Source: an uncultured delta proteobacterium | GTDB lineage: Bacteria; Myxococcota_A; Polyangia; Polyangiales; Houyiibacteriaceae | Length of the DNA: 64,000 nucleotides | Assembly: GCA_963699755.1 (NCBI GenBank) | Contig: CAVOVB010000001.1 | Coordinates: 352,001-416,000, forward strand | Direction: 5' to 3' | Shown: positions 1 through 8,543 of the stretch, in pieces | Layout: each line of letters starts with the position of its first letter | How positions within the stretch are numbered: position 1 is the stretch's first letter | Program-made: the position numbers and the translations under genes | Notes under the pieces: model-generated | Seen by the model: only the letters and a program-made list of their open reading frames with translations | Database searches by the model: none | What the model was told of the DNA's origin: nothing

Positions 1-96
1 TTCGAGTACAAGCACCCGTCGGGCGAGTACCAGAGCACGACCTTGGTCCTCGACTTTGCGAATCGGACGCGTGAAGTCAGCCACTTCCTAGACTAG
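1..96 (+). CDS. 3' end of a CDS running in from the left edge (unknown product)
   Basis: Frame 1 is open (FEYKHPSGEYQSTTLVLDFANRTREVSHFLD*) and ends 8 nt before the next GTG, with a GGAGGA RBS across the stop. Confidence 0.55.
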   Translation, partial: FEYKHPSGEYQSTTLVLDFANRTREVSHFLD

Positions 97-104
97 GAGG
101 AACC

Positions 105-1286
105 GTGAAGCGACTTCTCATCTTGAATTATTGCGCAGTCGCAATTGGACTGCTCATGGCCGCCTCGAGCTGCACGAACACCGCGACCTGCAGCGGCTAC
201 TACGACTGCTGCGACGCAACGGTTCCCGCGGCTGAGTGCTATGCCAGGCGGCGCGATCCGGAATCCGAGCAAGTGGACCTTGCCAAGAAGATCGCGCTTC
301 GGTACATCGACGGTCACCCCATCGAGCAAGAGTTCTGGGGCTGGAAATCGGGCGTCTTGATGTACGCGCTGACCGAGCTCTATCGGGTGACCGGCGACCC
401 GGGTCTTCACGCCTATTACCAATCGTGGTTGGACTATGGGATCGAGCAGGGCTACCAGATCTACTGGAGCGATAGCTGCCCGCCGGCCATCACCGCGATC
501 GCGTTGCTCGCTGAGAACTCGACGGCCGCCTATCAGCAGGTCGTCGACGACACACTCGAGTATCTCGATACTGTCGCGCCGCGGACCGCAGAGGGAGGGA
601 TCAGCCACAACGGCATCGTCGGGGGGACGTCTGTCTGGATCGACAGCCTCTTCATGTTTGGGATGGTATTGAATCGTTGGGGCGAGCTCGACGATCCCGC
701 TCGCCTCGACCTGATGTCTGATCAGATTCAGATCTTCTCGGACATATTGCAGGACGACGGCGGTTTCATGCGGCACGCGCAGGACTGGCCCCCCTATGAT
801 GAGAGTGTCTACTGGGCGCGCGGCAATGGTTGGGTCGCGGCATCCCTTGCGGACTACCTGCGCATCCGGGTCGAGCGAAACCAAACCGACCCCGACGTGG
901 AGCAGGTGTTCCGCGATCAGATCGAAGCGATCATTGGAGCGCAACAGCAACCGAGCGGCCTGTGGCTGACCGTGATGAGCCACCCCGAGGAGCCCGACAA
1001 TTATCTCGAAACCAGTGCGAGCGCGTTGTTCGCATACGGCATTGCGCGCGCCTACCGCTATGGGATCCTCGGGGATCAGGAACGGAAGGTTGCGCAAAAG
1101 GCCGTCGAAGGCCTCAAGCAGAGGATCAGCGACGATGGCGATGGACCCGTCGTCACCGGGGTTTCGCTCGCCACCGACCCCTGGTCGCTCCAGGAGTACC
1201 TTGACGTGGCCACCAAGGAGGACGTGAATTACGGGGTCGGGGCGGTGATCCTCGCCCTGCTGGAGACTTCGGGCCTACCCGAGTGA
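105..1286 (+). CDS. Glycoside hydrolase family 88/105 (unsaturated glucuronyl/rhamnogalacturonyl hydrolase-like), probable lipoprotein
   Basis: Motifs WIDSLFM, YWARGNGW, YLETSASA, YGVGA; lipobox-like AASSC; RBS upstream. Confidence 0.85.
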   Translation: MKRLLILNYCAVAIGLLMAASSCTNTATCSGYYDCCDATVPAAECYARRRDPESEQVDLAKKIALRYIDGHPIEQEFWGWKSGVLMYALTELYRVTGDPGLHAYYQSWLDYGIEQGYQIYWSDSCPPAITAIALLAENSTAAYQQVVDDTLEYLDTVAPRTAEGGISHNGIVGGTSVWIDSLFMFGMVLNRWGELDDPARLDLMSDQIQIFSDILQDDGGFMRHAQDWPPYDESVYWARGNGWVAASLADYLRIRVERNQTDPDVEQVFRDQIEAIIGAQQQPSGLWLTVMSHPEEPDNYLETSASALFAYGIARAYRYGILGDQERKVAQKAVEGLKQRISDDGDGPVVTGVSLATDPWSLQEYLDVATKEDVNYGVGAVILALLETSGLPE

Positions 1287-1657
1287 GCACCTAGTCTCCC
1301 AAGGGCCGAGGCCCCATTCCCAAGCCCTCCCGCCTCTTGCGCGACAGCAGTCAGGCCCCGGCCGATTCACCTGGCGCACCAAAGCGCTAAGCGCCCTACC
1401 TTTCGCGATCCGCGTTCGACAGCGGTCATTCTCGCGAATCGTTTCCCCAAGTCGCGGGTGAGGAGGATTAGTGCAAAGTCGATGCTTCGGCGCAGGGCCA
1501 ACTGAGAGGCGGAATCGATTCCGCATCGACTGGTGGGATTCACCAACCATCAGGAGACAGCCTCTTAGGAAGGGGACGGGTCCTGGAAACCGCCCCCCGA
1601 TTCGAACCACCGAAAACCAAATCAAATCATGCGCTTCGGATCTAGGAATGCAGCCTA

Positions 1658-1688
1658 TTGACAGAGTCTAATTTTAGACTAAGTCTAA
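1658..1688 (+). promoter_or_regulatory. Promoter (-35 TTGACA) with Fur/PerR-type operator palindrome
   Basis: TTGACA at 1658-1663; perfect 7-1-7 IR TTAGACT-A-AGTCTAA at 1674-1688; extra half-site AGTCTAA at 1665-1671; 3 nt before the regulator ATG. Confidence 0.75.
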
Positions 1689-1691
1689 TAC

Positions 1692-2093
1692 ATGGAGTCA
1701 GACGACGCGCAGCGGCTCGAGAGGAGCGGCATCAGGCCCTCGGCGCAACGGTTGGCGATTGCGCGCTACGTGCTTCACGCAGATACGCACCCCTGCGCGG
1801 ACGAGGTCTGGAGCCGGGTGCGGCAGTCGTTCCCCATGGTCTCCCGGGCAACCGTCTACAACACCCTGAACCTGTTTGTGGCAAAGGGACTTTTGCGTGA
1901 GCTCGTTCTGACCGAAGGGCGCCTCGTATTCGATCCAAACACCGACAAGCACCACCACTTCATCGATGAAAGCAGTGGGAGGATTTACGACCTTCCCTGG
2001 GAGCTCGTGAAGGTGTCGCGGGTCGAGCAAATCGAGGGCTTCGACATCAAAGATTACCAGGTGCTGCTTCGCGGCACCAAGGAGGACAGATGA
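1692..2093 (+). CDS. Fur-family transcriptional regulator (PerR/Irr-like)
   Basis: HPCADEV, VSRATVYNTLNLF, HHHF; heads the ahpC-dps operon. Confidence 0.9.
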   Translation: MESDDAQRLERSGIRPSAQRLAIARYVLHADTHPCADEVWSRVRQSFPMVSRATVYNTLNLFVAKGLLRELVLTEGRLVFDPNTDKHHHFIDESSGRIYDLPWELVKVSRVEQIEGFDIKDYQVLLRGTKEDR

Positions 2094-2629
2094 AAACCGT
2101 AGGTGACTTATTTCCCGACTTCGAGCTTCAGGCTTCCGTCAGCACCGCGCCCGGAAAGGAGTTCGAGGAGGTCACAAACCAATCTCATGCCGGCCGGTGG
2201 CGCGTCATCTTCTTTTGGCCGATGGACTTCACGTTCGTCTGCCCCACGGAGATTGCCGAGTTCGGGCGCAAGAATGCTGCGTTCGCGGAGCGCAACGCCC
2301 AGGTTCTAGGCGCCAGTACCGACACGCACTACGTCCACTTGGCGTGGCGCAACGATCATCCCGACCTGAAAGACCTGCCCTTCCCGATGCTCGCCGACAC
2401 GAAGCGGGAGCTGTCGACCGAGCTCGGCATCCTGCACAAAGAGGCTGGTGTCTGCCTTAGGGCGACTTATATCGTCGACCCCGAGGGCGTCATCCGATTC
2501 GTCAGCGTCAATGACCTTTCGGTAGGCCGCAACGTCGACGAGGTGCTCCGGGTGCTCGACGCGCTCCAGACCGGGGAGCTGACCGCTTGCGGTTGGAACC
2601 GCGGTGAGCCTACCCTCGATGCAGCCTGA
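2090..2629 (+). CDS. ahpC: 2-Cys peroxiredoxin AhpC
   Basis: DFTFVCPTE peroxidatic motif, VGRNVDEVLR, C-terminal resolving Cys (TACGW); ATGA overlap with the regulator. Confidence 0.92.
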   Translation: MKTVGDLFPDFELQASVSTAPGKEFEEVTNQSHAGRWRVIFFWPMDFTFVCPTEIAEFGRKNAAFAERNAQVLGASTDTHYVHLAWRNDHPDLKDLPFPMLADTKRELSTELGILHKEAGVCLRATYIVDPEGVIRFVSVNDLSVGRNVDEVLRVLDALQTGELTACGWNRGEPTLDAA

Positions 2630-2658
2630 CCATCCGACAACCCACAAAGGAATACACG

Positions 2659-3129
2659 ATGGACCTCAACACCGGAATCGCACCCGCAGAGCGTGAAGAG
2701 CTGGCCGGCGAGCTTTCGAAGCTTCTCGCCGACAGCTATACGCTCTACCTCAAGACCCACAACTTCCATTGGAACGTCACCGGACCGATGTTCCAGACGC
2801 TCCACCTCATGTTCGAGCAGCAGTACACCGAGCTCGCGATGGCGGTCGACCTGCTTGCCGAGCGGATTCGCGCGCTCGGCGTGCATGCTCCGGGAAGTTA
2901 TGCCGCGTTTGGTCGTCTATCGAGCGTCGCGGACACGGACGGCGTGCCCAAGGCGCTCGATATGGTGAAGCTGCTCGTCGAGGCGCACGAGACCGTGATT
3001 CGAACCGCCCGCGGGGCGGTGCGCGCGGCCGAGAAGGCGGGTGACCAAGCGACCGCGGACCTCGGTACCCAACGCCTTCAGCTCCACGAGAAGACGGCCT
3101 GGATGCTCCGAAGCCTGCTCGAGGACTAA
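2659..3129 (+). CDS. dps: Dps (DNA starvation/stationary-phase protection ferritin)
   Basis: LYLKTHNFHWNVTGPMFQTLHLMFE, DLLAERI, HEKTAWML. Confidence 0.95.
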   Translation: MDLNTGIAPAEREELAGELSKLLADSYTLYLKTHNFHWNVTGPMFQTLHLMFEQQYTELAMAVDLLAERIRALGVHAPGSYAAFGRLSSVADTDGVPKALDMVKLLVEAHETVIRTARGAVRAAEKAGDQATADLGTQRLQLHEKTAWMLRSLLED

Positions 3130-3318
3130 GGCGCGAATCTTCGGTCTTCGCCCCGCGCCAGCGACGAACATTGAGGTGAAGTGGGCGTACGGCCCGATCG
3201 ATGCGGTGTTGAACATTCCTCGCATGCGGGCGTGCGAACCCGCATCGGGAGCATCCCTCCCGGCCGTTGCAACGCTGGAGCTGAAAAACGGAAATCCTAC
3301 CGCTTAGGTGGCGTGCAA

Positions 3319-3903
3319 CTATTCGATGCTAAATGTGTACTCTGCGCCCATGCGGGGCGCGGAGAACTTCGGAAAGTTGATCGCGATCAGTTTTCTATTG
3401 ACGCAGACTTGAAAGGGTTTGCTGCCAGGTTTGGTGGTGGCGCCCGTGATCTCTCCCTTGCCTGAGATCACCATTTGAATCGAGATTCGGCTCATGTGCG
3501 TCGTTTTGATCTCCCTGAGTACGCATCCCTGAAAGATGTCGTTCACGTGTCTGTTCATGACATCGGAGACTTTGGTCGAGCTCAATAGCTGTTGACCTTC
3601 GTCGTTGGTGAGATCGCCCAATTCCGCGGGCTCGAGCATGGCCTCGACGTACGAGGGCAGCTCGCCCTTTGCCCGCTTCGCTTTGGATGCCGTGAAGCCG
3701 AGAGCCGTGTCGCCGCTGCTTGCCGTGCCCGGGGGTGGTAACGCTAGAGCGTAAACCGTGGCGGTGCCTGGAACGGCTCCGTTTGGCATGCTCGCTAGCG
3801 GTTCAGGGTTGCCCGAATTCGGTGAGCTCGTCGCGCAGCCGGAAACCGCGAGCGCAATCGCTGTACAAGACATGAAGAGACGCCTAGCGAGATCGCTCAT
3901 CAT
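3319..3903 (-). CDS. Lipoprotein with AgmX/PglI-like C-terminal domain
   Basis: Lipobox AVSGC; two-Cys C-terminal domain ending FPKFSAPRMGAEYTF; paralogous to 6137..6727. Confidence 0.6.
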   Translation of the reverse strand: MMSDLARRLFMSCTAIALAVSGCATSSPNSGNPEPLASMPNGAVPGTATVYALALPPPGTASSGDTALGFTASKAKRAKGELPSYVEAMLEPAELGDLTNDEGQQLLSSTKVSDVMNRHVNDIFQGCVLREIKTTHMSRISIQMVISGKGEITGATTKPGSKPFQVCVNRKLIAINFPKFSAPRMGAEYTFSIE

Positions 3904-4688
3904 CGTCGCGCCTGCTTCATTTTCTTGTCTTGCGCCCGGGCACGCTCCTTTGCGATTTTCGCACGCTCGTCCGCGTCCGGATGGGAAGCCTTGAGCGACT
4001 TCTTGCCGCTGTCGCCGCTGAGCTCTGCGAGCTTGCTGAACGCGCCTTCCATGGCGTGGTAGTCATAGCCGTGCTTGACCATGAAGTTGAACCCATACTC
4101 GTCTGAAGCTGATTCATCGCCCCGCGAAAACTTCGCGTTCAGAACGTCTTCGATGAACGCGCCAAGCTGGCTCTCCGCCAATAGCTCGCCGCCCGAGCCC
4201 GTGTTGGCCGCCACGGCATTCTTGCCTGCCGCGACCGAGTAGGCCTTCTGGTATTGCTTCTTCGCGTGCTGGAGCTTCACGTGCCCGATTTCGTGACCGA
4301 TGACACTGCGGACTTCGTCGTCCGTCATGATGATCATCAAACCAGCCATGACGCGAATGCTTCCATCGGGTGTCGCAAACGCATTGACATCCGATACGTT
4401 GTAAAGCTTGAAGTTGAGCTCGAGCCCGTCTTCTGACTCGAGTCCCTTCACGATCTTGTCGAAGCGCTGCGCCAACGGGTCGCCATGCTCGACGACCGGA
4501 TTTTGCTCATCCATCGCCGCTACGGCTTGGAGTGACAGCTTCGCCATGTCTTCGTCGGAAAGCGTGGCAGCTCTTACAGCATGTTGTGCCGCGGTAACGT
4601 TGTGCTGTTTGAGCAACTTTCGTCCAAAATCCGCCTGTGCCCCTGCGGCGAACGAAAGTATGCAAACTGCGATCAGTAGCTTCTTCAT
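3900..4688 (-). CDS. M48 family metallopeptidase (LoiP/YggG-like)
   Basis: Signal peptide; VNAFATPDG, HEIGH zinc motif, FSRGDESASD, SHP. Confidence 0.88.
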   Translation of the reverse strand: MKKLLIAVCILSFAAGAQADFGRKLLKQHNVTAAQHAVRAATLSDEDMAKLSLQAVAAMDEQNPVVEHGDPLAQRFDKIVKGLESEDGLELNFKLYNVSDVNAFATPDGSIRVMAGLMIIMTDDEVRSVIGHEIGHVKLQHAKKQYQKAYSVAAGKNAVAANTGSGGELLAESQLGAFIEDVLNAKFSRGDESASDEYGFNFMVKHGYDYHAMEGAFSKLAELSGDSGKKSLKASHPDADERAKIAKERARAQDKKMKQARR

Positions 4689-4810
4689 GGACGCGAACCC
4701 CCGGCGCTCAAGTTAGCAAGACGCGCGACCTCTTGGCATGGCTGCGCAGCTCTTCAGTATTGGTCCACGAAATGCCCGGTTTCAGACCCTTCGCTGGGGG
4801 CTTGTGAGGG

Positions 4811-5299
4811 TCATCCACCGGCTGTGCGGCCGCGGACAGCGAGCACCTTGGCACTAAGCACAAAGGTTTTTCGGGGCCTGCCCAGCAAGTCGAAGCAGGC
4901 CTCGCGGATCGCGGCTCGGCGCGGCGGGTCCTGCGCCTGCAGACACTCCGAGGCAGGGCCTATCCCAAGCGAAAAGGGCAACCACAGTTCATCAAACTCC
5001 GAGTAGGAGGCTTCGATCAGAAGCTCATCCGTTTCCACGTCGCGCAGGTTTGCTCGCTCGCAAAGCTCGACGAGCTCGTTCGATCTTCGGAAAGGCATGC
5101 GGGCGTCGTCGGGAGCGCATGGATCGAAGCGAAGCACTGCATCCCAGAATGTGCGGGTCATTGCGAACCCGTTTGCCTCGAACGTGCAAAATGACACCGA
5201 GCTGACGATGCCAGCGAAATCTGCGAAACGAGGCGCGAGCGCACGGGAGTACCTTCCGATGAACTGATCGTAGCCGTCCGCCGCCACCTCGAAACCCAT
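4811..5299 (-). pseudogene. Class I SAM methyltransferase with the SAM-binding core deleted
   Basis: N-term MGFEVAADGYDQFIGRYSRALAPRFADFAGI joins directly to the C-terminal part (TFWDAV...YSEFDELWLPF...AVRG); no DxGxGxG motif. Confidence 0.6.
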
Positions 5300-5491
5300 T
5301 GCCTCTCTTGAGCACCGGCCGTCGCGGACGCCAAGGCGCGCCGGTTCGAGAGGAGGCGGTGGACCCGGGACCGTCCCGCATGACTTCGAACGCGCCTGGC
5401 AAGGGCTGCCCACGGTTTGACCGAGGATTGTTCGAGACCGAAGGCCGCCGTGCGGCTGGCGCTCTCGTCCGATCGGCTCTAAGCGAATCCC

Positions 5492-6085
5492 ATGAGCTTG
5501 CGCCGAACAGCCATCCTTGGCACCGTTGCGACCTGCCTTCATCTGGCCTTGTCGCCGAGCGCGACCTCCCAGGAGCTCGACACGAGCTCCTGGGCCGATT
5601 CCTCAGCGCTTGCGCGCTTGGAGGGCGCCTATCGATACGCGGGCACCCCCGCCGAAGACCATGCCAAGATCGATGCGTCCGTTCAGGCGGCCGTGAGCAG
5701 CCTCGGGTGGCTCGGCCGAAAGGTCGCCTCCAGCAGGCTCGCGAATCACAAAGAGCTCCCAGAGCGAATCCTCATTGCGCGCAGGGGAGATGACGTTTCG
5801 ATCACCATGGGCAAGTACGACGCCGTTGCGGCTCTCGACGGTTCGCCGAAAGAGCTGGTCGCTCCCAACGGGCGCGATGCGAAGCTCTCGTATCGGGTGA
5901 CTAGGGACGAGATTCTTCAATTTTTCGTGTTCGAGCATGCGAAGCGACAATCGACCTATCGCCTCGATGGCGAGGGCAGGTTGGTGATGTCGGTCTTCAT
6001 GACGAGTGAGAAGCTCGCATCCCCGATCGCCTACGAGCTCGTCTATGAGACGGACGATCAGGCCGAACGCGGCACTCGCTCGTAG
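5492..6085 (+). CDS. Hypothetical secreted protein
   Basis: 197-aa ORF with signal peptide and beta-rich C-terminus. Confidence 0.6.
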   Translation: MSLRRTAILGTVATCLHLALSPSATSQELDTSSWADSSALARLEGAYRYAGTPAEDHAKIDASVQAAVSSLGWLGRKVASSRLANHKELPERILIARRGDDVSITMGKYDAVAALDGSPKELVAPNGRDAKLSYRVTRDEILQFFVFEHAKRQSTYRLDGEGRLVMSVFMTSEKLASPIAYELVYETDDQAERGTRS

Positions 6086-6136
6086 GCGCATGTGACACGC
6101 GTGAATCGGGGTGAGCGTCTTTGAAGCGCGACGGAC

Positions 6137-6727
6137 TCAGTCGGTGTGAAACCGATAGCGGGCACCCATTCGTGTGGACGCAAAGGGCGGAAAGCGCAGG
6201 TCTTCGAGATAGCCCTCCAGGCAGTTTTTGAAGCGGCGACGGCCAGGCTCGATCGTCGTGCCTACGACCATTCCGTCTTTTCCGCGGATGGCGAGATCGA
6301 TCGTGACAGTCCCGAGCGCGTTCCCGCGCTGGAGCTCTCTTGCGATGCACTCGTCGTACATTTCGTCGAGATGCTCGTCCATGAACCGGGCGATCTCCTC
6401 CCCAGTCAGCTGCCCTTCGCCACCTCCGGCGGTGGCATCGCCGAGCTCGACCGGGAGTGCCATGGCTTCCTCGTAGGACATCATCTTGATGTCGCGACGC
6501 GGGGGCTTCTTGTCTGCCGACTCCTCTTCGTCGACCTCTACCTCGGGAGCCCAGATCTCCAGGTCGACCTCCTCGTCGGAGGCCACCTCTATGACAGGCG
6601 GCTCGCCACTGAGGTCTGCCCCGCCGCTTCTGACCGCGGTGGTTCCCTGAGACTGCTTCGCGCCGCAAGCGGCGCCAATCAAAGTCAGCCCGACCAAGCC
6701 GATCGCCCGCATCGAAACCCATCCCAT
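6137..6727 (-). CDS. Lipoprotein with AgmX/PglI-like C-terminal domain
   Basis: Lipobox IGAAC; acidic linker; domain ending FPPFASTRMGARYRF. Confidence 0.65.
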   Translation of the reverse strand: MGWVSMRAIGLVGLTLIGAACGAKQSQGTTAVRSGGADLSGEPPVIEVASDEEVDLEIWAPEVEVDEEESADKKPPRRDIKMMSYEEAMALPVELGDATAGGGEGQLTGEEIARFMDEHLDEMYDECIARELQRGNALGTVTIDLAIRGKDGMVVGTTIEPGRRRFKNCLEGYLEDLRFPPFASTRMGARYRFHTD

Positions 6728-6811
6728 CGACCAAACAGTCTAGCCTCTAGCCAAGGCTTGCTGCACGCGCGATTGCTTGTCTCGTCGAGCCTTGGAAAAT
6801 TCAAAAGATCG

Positions 6812-7348
6812 TCAACTCAGCGTGGGCCGGAGCAGGACCACTCGGTACATCCCTCCGAAAATGCTCGGCTCGTCGTGCACGATTTCGCACGGCAATCCGG
6901 AGATGATATCCCCAAGCCGTCGGTTGATGTCGGTGCCGAGCAAGGTCGAGAATGCGTTCGCGATCCTACGGCCCCGGGCGGCTCTGCTATCGTCGGCCGA
7001 GAACTTGTCGAACACGACGATTCGGCCCCTGGGGCGCAGCACCCGAATCGCCTCCTCCATGCACCGGGAAGGGTCGGGAACGACGCTCAAAACGAGATTG
7101 AGAATGACCGCATCGAACGCGTCATCCTGGAGCGGGAGCGCTTGCGCATCGCCGATCAGGAGGTCGCTGCCAGTACCGATGCCGACCAGGCACAGTCGTT
7201 CGCCTGCTCTGAGACCAAGCAACTCCATGGCTCGCTTTCGGCCCTGGACAAAGAACCGTTCGAGCACCAGGTCATAGATCGGCGCCCAAAGCGTGTACGC
7301 GAGCCGATTCCACTGATAGTTCATTTCCATAGGCGAGACACGGCGCAA
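6812..7348 (-). pseudogene. Class I SAM methyltransferase (PmtA/UbiE-like), probably internally deleted
   Basis: WAPIYD, motif I VGIGTG, then immediately GDAQALP...FDAV and RVLRPRG; the motif-II (acidic beta2) segment is missing. Confidence 0.6.
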
Positions 7349-7445
7349 AGCACCCAGCCGAAAAGCGATAGCAGAAAAAGGCGTCGCCTTCGCGCTGCGC
7401 AGCGGTCAGCAGAATCCGGCCGCTCTCTCGGCTCTAGGCTCTGCG

Positions 7446-8408
7446 CTAGGCCTGGCCCTCGAGTCGGGCGAGCACCTCATCGGTGAGCCGTGGAATGACG
7501 TCGAGCGCACCCATGTTTTCCCGCACCTGCTCGACCCGGCTTGCACCGGTGATGACCGTCGAGACTCGGGGGTTCGTTGCGCACCAGGCGATCGCGAGCT
7601 GCGCCGCTGTGCACCCGAGATCTTCGGCGACCTCGAGCACACGGCGGATCTTGCCTTCGTTCGCTGGAGTCAGGATGTACTCTCGTAGCCACTCGTAACC
7701 CGGCAAGGCGGCGCGGCTCTCATCGGGAACCCCGTTGAGGTATTTTCCGGTGAGGGCGCCAGATGCGAGTGGGCTCCAGATCGTCGTTCCCATCCCGTGC
7801 TTCTCGTAGAGCGGCGCGTATTCCTTTTCGACCCGATCACGCCAGAGAAGGTTGTACTGAGGTTGCTCCATCACCGGCTTTCGCAGGCCGTAGCGCTCCG
7901 CAATCTCGTAGGCTTCCTCGATCGCTTCGGCGGGCCACTCCGACGTCCCCCAGTAGTGCGCCTTTCCCGACGCGATGATGTCGCTCATCGCCCAAACGGT
8001 TTCCTCGACCGGCGTTTCCGGGTCGGGCCGGTGACAAAACAGCAGATCGACGAAATCCAAGCCCAGGCGTCTGAGTGAGCCATCCATCGCGTACATCAAA
8101 TACTTGCGATTGAGCGTGTTCTTGGTGTTCGGACCTTCGCGTAAGCCCCAGTAGAGCTTGGTCGAAATCACAAATGACTCCCGCGGCCAGCCGAGCTCCT
8201 GCACGGCCTGTCCCATGATCGTTTCCGATTTGCCACCCGCGTAGACCTCCGCGTTGTCGAAGAAGTTAACACCGGCTTCCCAAGCAGCTTGCATGCAGGC
8301 TACCGCGGTGTCGTTGCCGAGCTGATGGTGGAAGGTCACCCAGGAGCCAAACGAGAGCACGCTGAGCTTGAGGCCGGTGTTTCCGAGGCGTCGGTATTCC
8401 ATTTCCAC
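7446..8408 (-). CDS. Aldo/keto reductase (Kv-beta-like)
   Basis: [41 protein letters not shown]. Confidence 0.92.
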   Translation of the reverse strand: MEMEYRRLGNTGLKLSVLSFGSWVTFHHQLGNDTAVACMQAAWEAGVNFFDNAEVYAGGKSETIMGQAVQELGWPRESFVISTKLYWGLREGPNTKNTLNRKYLMYAMDGSLRRLGLDFVDLLFCHRPDPETPVEETVWAMSDIIASGKAHYWGTSEWPAEAIEEAYEIAERYGLRKPVMEQPQYNLLWRDRVEKEYAPLYEKHGMGTTIWSPLASGALTGKYLNGVPDESRAALPGYEWLREYILTPANEGKIRRVLEVAEDLGCTAAQLAIAWCATNPRVSTVITGASRVEQVRENMGALDVIPRLTDEVLARLEGQA

Positions 8409-8543
8409 GATGTGGCTCCTGTGAAATGCATATAGTTTTCGACGCGCGGGGCGTAAAGACCTCAGCCTCTCGCAGCGTTGGTACTTTGGGTAGCGGCTTT
8501 TCGGCGAGGTGTTGCGATAGCCTGAGCTCCACGATCGACGAAG

